From Macrostomum lignano (Eukaryota): a stretch of DNA of 64,000 nucleotides. The notes beneath the pieces were generated by a model. It worked only from the letters and a program-made list of their open reading frames with translations. It ran no database searches and was not told the DNA's origin. Shown in pieces: positions 43,074 through 64,000 of the stretch. The translations under genes and the position numbers were made by a program. Position 1 is the stretch's first letter, and the number at the start of each line of letters is the position of its first letter. The stretch is from contig NIVC01000142.1 of the NCBI GenBank assembly GCA_002269645.1, positions 310,001-374,000 of the forward strand. Reading direction: 5' to 3'.

Positions 43074-46000
43074 GGGTGATTCTCATCGAGAGGTTTCGGA
43101 GGTTTTGAGGTTTTTCAGAGGTTTCATTTCGAACAAATATTTTTGCACAAAAATTTTAATACTGTACAAAAATTAAAATCTTACTGTAGTTTACTAATGA
43201 ATACAAATTTTCTTTAGAATATAGCTCGGAGGTTTCGGATTCTTTTTAATTTTGCTTCTGATAGGCACGCGCGAAAATTATTTAACTGTTTTTGTGCGAA
43301 GTGGTAGGGAATTCCATGACACATTTCATTTCATAAGCGCAAAGTTGCGAATCGTCACAAGTGTGTGTTGTTCCCTTTCAATGCATATTCGTAACTATCC
43401 TAATTTCTACTAGACCTGTCCATGTAATTAAATACAGACACTATTTACCAATGCGAATTTCATATTGTTTTTTACTTGGTCTTAAGAAAGCTATCAATTT
43501 TTAAGCCAGACTTAAATTATGACTAACACTAACAAGACCAAGTCAGTATTTTTTTCATCAAATCAGTATCAGTCGCTATTTAATATAGATTGTTAGTCTA
43601 ACTAACTAAAGGCCCTAAGTATTTTACTAGGCATATTTAATGTAAAATATATTATTTTTATTTCACTTATTTGATATTCTTTTTTTATTTTATATCCAAT
43701 TTACTAAAAAATATTTTTATTTTATATTATTTTACTATTTTTACATCATCATCCTAAATCCTAACACACTATGCACAGGATAAAAATATTTATTACCTAA
43801 GACTAAGTCTCTAATCCTAGTGAATAATTCTCTTCACCAGGCTTTAAAAATGGCAATTTTTTATTTGATTGCTCTACCTCTACGTATAAATTTGAAAGCT
43901 CTAATGAACTGAAATTTTTACTTTTTAATTTTAATTATAATTTATTAATAGCTATTTATATTCAGTTATAATTTAAGTTGATATGGGTGAGTACCAGTGT
44001 TGGGCAAGTTACTCAAAAAAAGTAACTTGCGTTACTGTAAATTAAGTTACCAATTTTTAAAAAGTAACTTACGTTAGCCTAGTAACTTTAGACAAAAACC
44101 CGATAACTTTTAAGTTACTATCCGTTACTCACTTCCGTTACCCATGTTATTAACAAAATTTTCTGTTTTTTCACATTGCACATTTTTTCACATTGTTGTT
44201 ACCAAAATTTGCCGTTGGGCATTGAGATTAACCGATTAACAGACAGAGACAGGAATTGGCGACACGATGTGAGGCAAGTAGAAGGACCAATGGGCAATGG
44301 CAATCAATAATTAAAATTATAAATGATAAAATAAACTAATATCAATAATTCAATAGAGTAAAATAAATAGAACTGTATAAAATGGTGTAGTGTACTGCAG
44401 TGCCAGTGGAAGGACTTGTGGAGGCTACAGATGAATTTCTTTCTTTGGTTGTTTGTTTGAATCAAACTTCAAAATTTTTAGTAACTTGAAAATGAAAGGC
44501 AAAAATATTTTACCGAAATTATAACAAAGTAAAACATGTTTCAAGTTTTTCTTCATTAATTTAAGCACAATACCATATGATACTATTCACTTAATTTTGA
44601 ATTTAGGAATGAAAAATGCAAAAACATGTGATAACCGGCGTAATAGCTAAGCATTTCAGTTTTAAATTTAAATATTGCGATTGTTGCAAAGTAACTGTAA
44701 CGGACTTCCGAAATTTGAGTAACTTACCGTTACTCCGTTACTAAAATAAAAAAGTAACTTGCGTAAGGAACGCTTTACGAAAAAGTAACTTGCGTTACCA
44801 TTTGCAAGTTACTCGGTAACGGAAGTGCCCAACACTGGTGAGTACAATTTCTATTACTCTTATACATTAGTAACTTGCTTTAGTTTTTGTCTTTTTATGC
44901 AAATATTCAAAGTAAATAGTAGCTTGTACTTATGTATGCCTAGTTATCACATTTTTATTCAGTTTTTAATTTACTTTATAAGTGAATTTTTTTAATATTA
45001 AACCAATATACTCTCTTATCATCCACAGTAGTTGTCATGCCAATGAAATGCATGGTGCCAACCATGTTGGGGAGAAGGTTATAAATCTTTAGATTTTCTT
45101 ATGATGTTAAGTACTTACACTACATCCGTATACTAAAATGTAAGACTAACATTGTATTCCTTTATCAATCATGCCATCTTTCCAGAGCCCATCAAACTAT
45201 GGGAATTCGTGCAAAGCAATGACCTACTAAAATACCTTTGCACAAGATGATATGCTTCTAGAAGTCGATTAAATTAATCCACCAAGTGTCTTTCTTGACA
45301 CCCCAAGGTCTTCACTACATTTGACTGCAACAAGTGAGTAAATTTTCTAAATGCTGTCTTTCCAATATACATGTTATGAGGATCAAGGGTAGCTGAAAGC
45401 AAAGGCCAATGGTTGGGGCAAGAGATGACATTCATACATGTTACATGGCTAGTGTCCCTAAATTCCTAATGGCGCGATTTTCAGCAAAAGTTATGGCATG
45501 ACCTTTCAGGGAAATTCATTCCAATGATTAGACAGATAAAATTCCTCATTTCACTATTACCCATTACAGGACATTTTGGTGCAGCTCGACTTCAGCGTTG
45601 TTGCTCATCATTGCAGCACTCGAGTCCCATTGTCGCATTTTTGGGCTTCCAGCATCAACTGGTTCGATAGTCTCAATTGGAGGCCATGAAAACCAATGTC
45701 AGGCATGCTGGTGCCAATCTTGGAGAGGAATTTGCAGCCCACTTGATTGCCCTGCGGGAATTGTGTCAAGGGAACTCACACCAAGCATTTTTGTCCAGCA
45801 GCAGCAGCAGCCGAGTGCTACTGATCCAAATGGAACTCACTACAACTGACATAATGCGACTGCCCAATTGCACTTTGCTGGCCGTAGCGGAAACCGCGCA
45901 CTGGAGAAGCATCGCCCATGTTCCTCACCCTACAATATTGAGGTCTCGATCACCTCGGTGGTCTTGACGATGTAGGATGCATCTTCATAGACATGTCATT

Positions 46001-47873
46001 GAACCTGGAATGCTATGCTGCATCTCAAAAGGCTGGCTAACGTTTTTTCAAGGGTTTAGTGCGGCGAGACTCCAAGTCTGATAGATAACTAATGTCAGCC
46101 AGCGTACGCCAACTTGATACAAGCAAACGAGCTTCACGGTAGTTGCCAATTGGTCTTGCCTTATTTTTTTAGGCCTTACATTTTTAAAACATCGAACATT
46201 GCAAGAATGCATTTCAAAAACAAAGAAGGAACGTTTTGTATTTTCTCTATCAGTATGTATATTTATCTATACATTGCTGTTACATTACCTAAATACGCTA
46301 TATTATAAATATTCTTTGAGAGTCAAATCAAAACAGTTTAAAAGTTCACATTTCAGATCTTTACATGAGAGAATATAAGTCTTTTCTTGTTATTTACTCA
46401 GATGAAAGTGAAGTTCTTAACTTTAGGAGTTAATGCGCATATTAAAGACGATGCCCGCAAAAACGAAGGCTGTAGCGCGTCAGCCAGCAAGCAGTTGAAG
46501 AACTTCAGTCACTCATCTCGAAGGCAGTGCGCAGTAGATTAGCCCCTAGGCTGTCGGTTGATGTCATCTGGTTAGTAGCTAGAGCACAGCCATCTTCTGT
46601 ATGCTGACAACCAAACCAATTGCCACCACAAAAGCAACCAGCCTGCCAAAGCTCTAAGGGTGGCGAGCTAGGTTGCACTGAGACGCAACATAAGTGGGTA
46701 TAGGACATGGAATGCCATAATGCCTGTTATTAGATTAGACAAACATGAAGCATTGTTGGCCTGTACAGGCTCAGAATGCAGGCAGGAGACCAGGCAAGCG
46801 GTAGTTCAGGCATGGTATTGGCAGCTGAAACAAAGTATGTTGAAATAAAAGGCATTGATTATGATTACTTTTATCTATAACTTTTCATAAACAATCAATT
46901 TCAAAAGTCAATAAACATAATGATTTTCCTATACATTTGTTCTTGCAATCTTTAAAGATGCCAATAATACATTTATATTGAAGAAATTATGATATTTTTA
47001 AATAAACAATGTCAAAAATGTGTCCAATGACTTTTTAGTTTTAACTCTAGTAAAAATATTGGTATCGGCTATCTAGCTTATTGCTCAACATATATTTTTA
47101 GCATCAAACAAAGGTGGTGCAATACATGTACAAAGTCTTACTGCAAGCATTTTGTTTGTATAAGAACTAAATCTAAGGTGTTAGAGAGCTTTTGTCAGCA
47201 GTAGCAGTTGTGCAACTAGTGTTATTTTTTGAGAGAAAAGCTATTAGCTTTTAGTAATTAAAATAAATTTTATGATTAAAAGTTAAATGCTCTGCTTTAA
47301 GTAATAAAAATGCATACTTGTAATTCTAGGCCATCATATATTTATAAAAAACATTGAGACAAGAATAATTCTTCTATTTACTTCTCTGAGGCAGTATGCA
47401 TGCAGGTCGTCAATGTCATTACATAATTCGAATGCAAAATGGTATGCAGCACTCAAAAGTAAAAACAGGAAATGGATGAAACAGCTGTCTATATGTTTTC
47501 AGTATATTTCAAGCAGCGCCTTTAAGTCAAATATTTTTTATTTTGTTTTTGCACCTTGAATGTAAATGCCAATGGCAACGATGACATTACCAGTGTGTTG
47601 TGTTGCGTGCAGTGTTTTTAAAAAACCACTTTCTTTAAAAGCATAAAATAGTTGCCTAAGTTAAATAATTTCCGCGCGTGCCTATCAGAAGAAAAATTAA
47701 AAAAGAATCCAAAACCTCCGAGCTATATTCTAAATAAAATTTGTATTCATTAGTAAATTTCAGTAAGATTTCAATTTTTGTACAGTATTAAAATTTTTTT
47801 GCAAAAATATTTGTTCGAAATGAAACCTCTGAAAAACCTCAAAACCTCCAAAACCTCTCGATGAGAATCACCC
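43074..47873. mobile_element. Non-autonomous Mutator/MULE-like DNA transposon, 4.8 kb
   Basis: ~215-bp TIRs beginning GGGTGATTCTCATCGAGAGG and ending CCTCTCGATGAGAATCACCC. 9-bp TSD TACACGTAC (43065-43073 and 47874-47882). No intact transposase ORF. Confidence 0.85.
43995..44837. mobile_element. hAT-type MITE nested in the MULE-like element
   Basis: TIR CAGTGTTGGGCA...TGCCCAACACTG; 8-bp TSD GTGAGTAC (43987-43994 and 44838-44845); many subterminal AAGTAAC/GTTAC motifs. Confidence 0.88.
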
Positions 47874-48178
47874 TACACGTACTGCGTACGTAGTAGTTAA
47901 AACAAGCCATAACTGAGTTCGGATTTGAGATGAAATTATTATGTGATTTTAAAAGTCGAAATAGATAAACGGTTTTTTAAAAAGGTTAGATTTTTGCGTA
48001 AATTCAGAATGATTTTTGATATACCGGAACCATAAAAACTGTTAATAACACCGTCAGCTGTTGAAATGTGAACTTCTTGTAATGATTGTATGGTTTAATT
48101 TATGATTATGATTTTCAATACGTAGCGAACTCTTATCTGTGCTGGTGAGTGAATTTTATACCGATGGGGATCATAAAT

Positions 48179-48370
48179 AGCTCTGTGGCTCAAATGTTAT
48201 CGCATGGTCCGAAACTGGAGCCAAAGTACCCGGGTTCGTATCTTCATTGTGCGTCCGCATTAATTTGGGGCTATAGTCAAGCCCACTGTACACCCAGCGT
48301 GAGCGCGTGCCCACTCGCGTGTTCGTGCTCAGGGGTCTCAGCGGAATGCTCCCTGTGGACTAACAACGAA
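48179..48370 (+). mobile_element. Degenerate tRNA-derived SINE
   Basis: A-box-like tggctcaaatg and B-box-like gggttcgtatc; shares gcattaatttggggcta with the SINE at 20988. Confidence 0.45.
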
Positions 48371-49139
48371 GCTTATAAGGAACTAGGATGCTTCTTAAAA
48401 AGTGGATGAATTTTTCAATAATGGCTACTTTTTTATCTCAACAGTAGTATACTCGTGACCTGCTCATTGTTCATGTTTTGGCTGCAGTCTGATTTGCAAA
48501 CCGCGCAGCTGTGAGCGACTGTAGGCTGATTCATATGCATTGGCTGAACAGCCAGCTCTTCATCCATTCAGCTGAGTAGGCCCGTGGCCAATAGGGACCC
48601 CTATGGCCAGCCTCCTGGTGGCGCATAAATCCGTCGGCCGCTCCGCGGGGAAGATTCGCTGCCATCCCAAACCAAGAAATAACCGACTTCATACTTGCGC
48701 GCGCTTTGACATTCGTCTCCTTATTTGCGTTGAATTCCCTCGAGGACTTCCTGCATCGCCGAGCGACACGATTGGAAAATTACCGGTCAAGAAAGTTTGG
48801 TAAGCAAAGCAAATTGACCGCGTCGCAGTGAGGGTTCCGGAGATTAAGATCGCGCTGGATCCGGACCCGGCTCCGAAGCGCTGTTAGTTTACTCAAAGCT
48901 TCGTGCTCACTTTCGACTCTTGGATTTCTGGGGGGGAAGGAGCATTCCTCCAAGTCATGTCAGAATGTCATCTGACTAATGAGTTTTCTGCTGCTTTAAC
49001 TTGGGCGGAACTTCTTCCCGACCTCCAGATTTTGCTTGAGTCCCGAAGAAATACTCTCAGTTTTCCAGTCAACTGCTTGAGACTAATTTTTCCAATTATA
49101 ATTTTTTGGCAGGTAAAATCGGCCCATTGAGACTACACG

Positions 49140-56377
<7,238 letters not shown>

Positions 56378-58449
56378 TGACGCCGGCCTGATGGAAAAAC
56401 AGTTGACTCACTCTCCTCCATCAATATCTACATTAAGCTGCTCTGATATTGAAACTAATTGGTAGACAATAAAACCCTTCTCTACTATGCTTCACCTCTA
56501 AATCTGTCTTGGATGAATTAGTGCGAATATTTTATAGCCAATCGGAATCCAGCTGGAGGAGAGATTCTGGAGTGAGGTGGGTGATCGGAGGGGTAGAAGT
56601 TGTTTAACTGAATGCTACAAAACGCAAGAGCCACAGCCAATTAGAATCGAGCTGGTGAAGGGATTCTCTAGTGAGGTGGGTGATTGGAAAGGGGGTAGAA
56701 GTTTTTAAACTGAATGTTAAAACGCAGGAGCACCGTAGCCAATAGGCTATAAAATACACAGAGAACAGAACGCAAATATTCATCCAAAGATAGAAATTCA
56801 GTCTAGTGTTGCCCCCTCCACAGAAAAGTAACATACAGTACAAGCAATCTAGCAAACATCTACCACCAAATTCTTAAACAACCCGGAGCAGTGAAAATCT
56901 AAACCATTCAAATAAATATAATATTTTTGTTGACCAGCTTTGCTTCTGTATCCTGGACAACGCGCGGCAAATTAAAATATTTAAAAAATCAACACAGTGC
57001 ATTGAAAACACTATGGAGTTGCCTTCAGTTTGCTCGCTGTCGGGGTGATGTGCGGCGAGCCCAAAGACTCTCTGAGAAGTAAATAAATGTAACAAACCTA
57101 AGGTCCCGAGACAAAGGTTCCCCGTCAGTTCTCTGCTGTTCCCACAATTCTCAAAGGGTCTGGAGTGTCTTGAGAAAAATTCTGGAAAGTGCAGCACATT
57201 CGACTCGCGTCAACTTCAACGACACTGTATACATGTACAGCTGCGGACTGGCAAAACAGGCATCATTAGTCATCTGGCAGCAGCCGGGATTCGCAGCTGG
57301 TGTTTATCGGAGGAGAAGCCAGCCATGACTCGGAAAAAAGAACTTTTTTCCCTGAAGTGCGACGTCCTCCTGAAACGTTAACCCAATTAGGCCAGAAATT
57401 TTCAGACAAAAACTGAGGAAAAAAGACTTTTCTTAGCTGTGTGCCATTTTCAAGTGTCAGTTTCACGTCCTGGAAGCTGTTTTGTTGCAAATGAGCAAAT
57501 ACAGCTTGTCTTTAGGGCTCTCTTCCTACCTAGCAACTCAAAAAAGACGTCATGGAAATGACAAAAAATGTCTGGAAAAATTATCGCGAAAGAGAAATAG
57601 CTGAGCAAGGAAGGCTACCGGGAATAACACGAGTGCTCAAGATGTCTGGAAAAGTGTCTGCAGCAGTCGAAATCCTTGGTATCTATGTTTTCTGAATGAA
57701 TTTTTGTCAATTACTTTTTTTTCCCAGGATCAGAATTGCTGCGTAAAGACGAAGCTCTTAAAAAAACGTTGGCACATTGGCATGCACTTGACTGGCGCAT
57801 CAAGGGTTTTCCAACGAGGGTCAATAAAGGAGGGTCCACGAGCTGCATGCAAGGAGTGGTCGAGCTGTCCCGAGCGGGAGAGACTCTCCAACTGAGGATA
57901 ATCATTAAAAGGATTGAAAAAAGAAAAGTGTTCTCAACCGGCTCTTGGTGGCTGGAGACAGGCCTTCTCAAACTGAGTAATTAAAAGCATTGATCGAGAC
58001 GGCTAAAAGATTGTAAGTGGGAAGCTGGACACCAGATGCAGCTAATCTCAGGAGCAATCTTGCTCAGTTCCCACCCATGCCATTGCTGTTGCTCAAAACA
58101 TCAGTCAGTTGATTTCGTTGAATTTTCCATGAATAGTTGATTTTGAGAGCGCAAGCGCGCGAAATGAATTCGATTTAAACAAAAAATGTGATCAGAAATA
58201 TTCTCGAATGTAACATTTTTATAATCAATATTTTTATCAAATTTTGGTGAAACCAATTCAAACTTGAATTGGTTGAATAGTTATTAACCAGTGAATGATA
58301 GCGAGTTTATGATACCAGCATGCACCAATAAAACGCGAATATTCCTGCGAGGAATCACGTGACTAACTAATTCATTTGTCTGTGGCGACGTGAGGTTGTC
58401 CGGGTTACCGGGAGTCACGTGACGCGCACACAAAAAACAGCCATTAGAA

Positions 58450-61400
58450 TCAGCCACGTCGACTGAAGTGGGCGACGATCAGGTCGGCATTGCCGGCTAT
58501 GCTCAGCCCGGAGACTCGGCCCCACAGCGACTGCAGCTGGTCCCGAGTCGCTTGAAACACCGGCCGGTGGCAGATGAATATCTGGGGGCGGGGGGGGGGA
58601 GTTGGATGCGGTGCTTGGCGAAATAGTGAGTCTAGTGCACAACTCCTATTGATTGATGGCAATTTTGTACTCACTCGTGAACTCACTCGTGAACTCACTC
58701 ATGAACTCATGAACTCACTCATGAACTCACTTCTGAACTCACTCATAAACTCACTCATGAACTCACTCATAAACTCACTCATGAACTCATGAACTCACTC
58801 ATGAACTCACTCATGAACTCACTCATGAACTCACTCATGAACTCACTCATGAACTCACTCATGAACTCACTCATAAACTCACTCATGAACTCACTCATAA
58901 ACTCACTCATAAACTCACTCATGAACTCACTCATAAACTCACTCATGAACTCACTCATAAACTCACTCATAAACTCACTCATGAACTCACTCATAAACTC
59001 ACTCATAAACTCACTCATGAACTCACTCATGAACTCACTCATGAACTCACTCATGAACTCACTCATGAACTCACGAACTCATGAAATCACTCATGAACTC
59101 ACTCATGAACTCACTCATGAACTCACGAACTCATGAAATCACTCATGAACTCACTCATGAACTCACTCATGAACTCACGAACTCATGAAATCACTCATGA
59201 ACTCACTCATGAACTCACTCATGAACTCACTCATGAACTCACTCGTGAACTCACTCATGAACTCACTCATGAACTCACTCATGAACTCACTCGTGAACTC
59301 ACTCATGAACTCACTCATGAACTCACTCATGAACTCAAGAACTCATAAACTCACTCATGAACTCACTCATAAACTCACTCATAACTCACTCATGAACTCA
59401 CTCATGAAGTCAAGAACTCATTCATGGACTCATGAACTTACTCATGAACTTACTCATGAACTCATACTCATAAACGGAATCCCTTTATCAGTGGTTCATT
59501 CATTCAACTCAAAAACTAAGATACTCCATCGCAGGGTAGCAGGCTGGGTCCACAAGTGCGTCAGCAGCGACTTCAGAAGACCCGTCTCAATGGGGGGTCT
59601 CTCCTGACAGGAAGCTGCCAATCTCCGCTCCGGCTGTAGCGAGTCAAAGGAGAAAGATTCTGGACGAGAGGACTCCACGAAAGTGTCGCATTCTAAAGGG
59701 GAAGTAGCATTTCTTGGAAAACGGAAGAAGGCGGAGAGGCCGGAAGCTTGGCAACTTTTTCTCGCCCCCGATCCCATTATCCACTTGGCAGTCTTTCGGG
59801 AAGTCGACGACGCGTCGTCAGGCTTCAGAGGCGACCGTGGCACGCAGAGGCTGAATTCCATCTGGGCAAGAAGCCCTCCACCAGCCTCCGCAGCCGGCTC
59901 CCCCGGCTTGGCTGGCTTTGTGTACTTTTTGTTCGATAATTTCCCTATGAAAACTGGCGCAGCAAAAATCCAATTGTTTGCTTAAATACTGCGTTAACTA
60001 TGAGCCTGGCATGCATTGCACTATTGGCGTTTGCATATTTTTTTACAATTTGTAACTAAGATTTTAATTTTACTTATTTTGGACCCGAAAATAGCTTTGA
60101 TGTCAACAGAAATGTCAAGGATGTGTTGCAGTTACGGATACGAGTGCGCTGCAAACTACAGGAAGACCTGAGCAGAGTAAGAGGATCTTAAGATATAGAG
60201 ATCGGTGCTTGAAGTTAGGTTGACTGGAGTGAGGTAGAGTGGAGTGAGGTAGATTGGAGTGAGGTAGATTGGAGTGAGGTAGATTGGAGTGAGGTAGGTG
60301 AAGTGAGGTAGATTGGAGTGAGGTAGACTGAAGTGAGGTAGATTGGAGTGAGGTAGACTGAAGTGAGGTAGATTGGAGTGAGGTAGACTGGAGTGAGGTA
60401 GACTGAAGTGAGGTAGACTGAAGTGAGGTAGATTGGAGTGAGGTAGACTGAAGTGAGGTGGATTGGAGTGAGGTAGACTGAAGTGAGGTAGATTGGAGTG
60501 AGGTAGACTGAAGTGAGGTAGATTGGAGTGAGGTAGACTGGAGTGAGGTAGACTGAAGTGAGGTAGACTGAAGTGAGGTAGATTGGAGTGAGGTAGACTT
60601 GAGTGAGAGATTGGAGTGAGATAGATTGAGTGACAGATTATAGTGAGGTAGATTGTAGTAGAGTTGATTGGAGTGAGGTAGATTGGAGTGACAGATTGTA
60701 GTGAGGTACAGATTGTAGTCGAGTAGATTGGAGTGAGTTAGACTGGAGTGAGTTAGACTGGAGTGAGGTAGACTGAAGTGAGATAGACTGGAGTGAGGTA
60801 GACTGAAGTGAGATAGACTGGAGTGAGGTAGATTGGAGTGAGGTAGACTTGAGTGAGAGATTGGAGTGAGATAGATTGAGTGACAGATTGTAGTGAGGTA
60901 GATTGTAGTAGAGTTGATTGGAGTGAGGTAGATTGGAGTGAGTTAGACTGGAGTGAGTTAGACTGGAGTCAGGTAGACTGGAATGAGGTAGACTGGAGTG
61001 AGTTAGACTGGAGTGAGGTAGACTGGAGTGAGTTAGACTGGAGTGAGGTAGACTGGAGTGAGTTAGACTGGAGTGAGTTAGACTGGAGTGAGGTAGACTG
61101 GAGTGAGTTAGACTGGAGTGAGTTAGACTGGAGTGAGTTAGACGGGGTGAGGTAGACGGGGTGAGGTAGGTGAGGTTGTGCCGATAGTTAACCAGCCCTC
61201 ACCCGCATGGCTGTGTCGGTACAGCAGACGCAAATGTCGACATGCCGTCGCCGGTTGAGTCCGATGAGGCTCCAGAGAGAGCAGTCCTTGGTCACCTTGG
61301 ATTCTGAGTGCAGGCTGACGCGGCCCTGGGAGTGGTTGACGTAGAGCTCCAGGTCCACGGCTGGCTGCCCGTCCGCCCGGGTGAATGCGAGGTTCAGGCT

Positions 61401-63880
61401 GGAATAGCGCGACACGGTGGGTGGCTGATGAAGGATAACGGATACTGTGTGTCTCCGTGTGTCACTCTGGATCTGGATAATGAGAATCACTATCTGGATA
61501 CTGAGATTCGCTATCTGGATACTGAGATTCGCTATCTGGATAATGAGATTCACTATCTGGATAATGAGATTCACTATCTGGATACAGAGATACACTATCT
61601 GGATACAGAGATTCGCTATCTGGACACAGAGATTCACTATCTGGACACAGAGATTCACTATCTGGACACAGAGATTCACTATCTGGACACAGAGATTCCC
61701 TATCTGGACACAGAGATTCACTATCTGGACACAGAGATTCACTATCTGGACACAGAGATTCACTATCTGGACACAGAGATTCACTATCTGGACACAGAGA
61801 TTCACTATCTGGACACAGAGATTCACTATCTGGACACAGAGATTCACTATCTGGACACAGAGATTCACTATCTGGACACAGAGATTCACTATCTGGACAC
61901 AGAGATTCACTATCTGGACACAGAGATTCACTATCTGGACACAGAGATTCACTATCTGGACACAGAGATTCACTATCTGGACACAGAGATTCACTATCTG
62001 GACACACAGATTCACTATCTGGACACACAGATTCACTATCTGGACACAGAGATTCACTATCTGGACACAGAGATTCACTATCTGGACACAGATTCACTAT
62101 CTGGACAGAGATTCACTATCTGGACAGCACTCACGTCTTGGCCAGAAAGTCAGGTTTCATGGTGATGAGCAGGCAGGCTCCTGCAGAGAAAAACCCGCCA
62201 CCAGTTTTATCGACACCCTCCAGCGACATTCGGTAGGGAAGCTGGGGATAAACGGCCGAATAGATGGAGGCTGCTGATGAAGCTGCGGCTTTGTCACTAT
62301 CTGCTTCGCTGATGGTGAAGCGCAATGGGCTGTACTGCAATTGTGGGTGAGTGTGCATTCTCGAATGTGCGGGCCGCATTCCGTGATCGTTCTTCAGAAA
62401 GGACTGCCACCGATCCGGGAGAAGGGTTATGACCGATTTTCGGGATGGGTTATGAGCGACCTTTAGAATGGGTTATGACCGATGTTCGGGATGGGTTATG
62501 AGCGACCTTTAGAATGGGTTATGACCGATGTTCGGGATGGGTTATGAGCGACCTTTAGAATGGGTTATGACCGATGTTCGGGATGGGTTATAAGCGACCT
62601 TTAGAATGGGTTATGACCGATTTTCGGGATGGGTTATGAGCGAACTTTAGGATGGGTTATGAGCAGTCGGGAAGAAGGCTTATAAGCAATCTTTGCGAAG
62701 AGTTATGAGTAATATTTGGGAAGGGTTTTGAGCGATGTGGAGGAAGTGTTAAGCGATGCTGAGCGAGGGTCATGAGCGATGTTGAACGAGGGTCATGAGC
62801 AATGTGGAAGAAGGGTCATGAGCGATGTTGAGCGAGGGTCATAAGCAATGTGGAAGAAGGGTCATGAGCGATGTTGAGCGAGGGTCATAAGCAATGTGGA
62901 GGAAGGGTCATGAGCGATCTGGGATGCAGTCTTAAATTAACTGTCATGAAGCATCACAGAGGCGCACATGTACCTTATAGTCCACTTCGTAATAAACGGC
63001 AGCCAGTTTCAGGCCCCTATAAATGCCAATCGAGTTCACCGACTCCGCGGGCATCCGGTGGGGAAACGCGGCGAAATGCTCCTCGTTGTAGGATATCTGA
63101 CAGTGAGGAATACATGGGCTCTGTTAAAATTGGCTCTTTATTACAGTTGTTTGCTGGCATAAGATACCGCTAGTTGGAACTTTTAACAAGTGAATACCGT
63201 GTTCTGTAAAATGGTTGCTACAACTATTTAATCTAATCAACACCCGTAATCAGCTGACCTCACCTGACCTTAAATAGAATCATATGACCTCGCCTGAACT
63301 CACCTAGGCTCACCTAGACTCGCCTAGAATCGCCTAGACTCACCTAGACTCACCTAGACTCACCTAGAATCACCTAGACTCACCTAGACTCACCTAGACT
63401 CACCTAGACTCACCTAGACTCACCTAGACTCACCTAGACTCACCTAGACTCACTTGACCTCTAGAACTCTGACTCTGACCGACATAATTTGACATGGAAC
63501 TCAACACTGACCTTCGATTTCGACTTAATTTCTATATTCCCAAGCTTCAAAGCCATCCCATCCCATTGGGGTCATTCGATCCTCACCAAGAACGCCTTAG
63601 TCGTGACCAGCACCGACATGCTGAATGCGCGGCCCTTACGTAGCGGCAACTCGCGCACCTTCATCTCCGATTGCCACTTGCCGGCCACCGTCGAGTTCAT
63701 CGCCAGCAGGCGGTCGTTGAGTTTAGCGCGCAGGTGCAGCGCAATCTGCTTCTGTGGCGCCATGAAGTCAACGATGAAATGCTCAGTCTCCGGCAGGACA
63801 AAGGCGGCCAGAGTGATCATGCAGCCTGGCGCCAGTTGAATGCCCTCCCGTGTGTACTCCGGCGTCTGCGATTTTAACAT
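58450..63880 (-). CDS. Tandem-repeat galectin-like protein with degenerate sugar-binding residues; the 5' end may extend past the window
   Basis: Exons ~63880-63587, 63096-62974, ~62334-62135, 61398-61203, 58581-58450 splice in phase. CRD1 LAPGCMITL...IALHLRAK...NSTVAGKWQSE...PLRKGRAF...|ISYNEEHFAAFPHRMP. Linker YPQLPY; a divergent CRD2 ends LSIAGNADL. Confidence 0.78.
58668..59465. repeat. 12-bp repeat (ACTCATGAACTC)n
   Basis: Direct inspection; intronic. Confidence 0.95.
60221..61170. repeat. 15-bp repeat (GGAGTGAGGTAGATT/ACT)n
   Basis: Direct inspection; intronic. Confidence 0.93.
61487..62125. repeat. 21-bp repeat (CTATCTGGACACAGAGATTCA)n
   Basis: Direct inspection; fills most of a galectin intron. 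Confidence 0.95.
62425..62920. repeat. Related ~46-bp and ~43-bp minisatellites
   Basis: gggttatgaccgatgttcgggatgggttatgagcgacctttagaat repeated ~5 times, followed by gggtcatgagcgatgttgagcga-type repeats. Confidence 0.85.
63290..63455. repeat. 10-bp repeat (CACCTAGACT)n
   Basis: Direct inspection; intronic. Confidence 0.93.
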
Positions 63881-64000
63881 TCAATTTGGCTTGTCCTTTC
63901 GCTGCTAATACTGCCTACCCGGTTACATAAGTAGTAATATACGTACTAAGCAATACTGACTGCTGCAGACACAGCATCGCTAAACGCCTTACTAAGCACT

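Noticed and set aside
57260-58000. Short ORFs that might be transposase remnants, also at 59500-59990
   Set aside because: No catalytic motif, TIR or TSD could be identified by eye.

Overview
Eukaryotic (animal) genomic DNA with GC-rich exons, AT-rich introns and many micro/minisatellites. The style is compatible with a flatworm such as Macrostomum (inference only). Spliced host genes read by hand: two tandem secreted fibrinogen-domain (FReD) genes with an unrecognised duplicated N-terminal domain (995-7422, minus); RHBDD1 rhomboid protease (8172-10016, minus); BBS9/PTHB1 (14506-21881, plus); a PLEKHB/evectin PH-domain gene (25082-42675, minus); an 89-aa neuropeptide-like precursor missed by the ORF track (49140-56377, plus); and a degenerate tandem galectin (58450-63880, minus). 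The centrepiece is a full-length 16,098-bp Polinton/Maverick (adintovirus-type) endogenous virus at 25937-42034. It has ~469-bp TIRs with AGTAG...CTACT ends and a 6-bp GTCTAC target duplication, and it sits inside a minisatellite in intron 1 of the PLEKHB gene. It encodes an rve integrase, protein-primed PolB, adenain protease, packaging ATPase, major and minor capsid proteins, a parvovirus-type PLA2, several protease-site-rich core-like proteins and a PSAP/LYP late-domain protein. All of the reading-frame breaks I found in it can be repaired by adding back one base each, so it may be intact in vivo. Other mobile DNA: a solo LTR with a 4-bp TSD in a BBS9 intron, a non-autonomous MULE-like element (9-bp TSD) containing a nested hAT MITE (8-bp TSD), and tRNA-derived SINEs.
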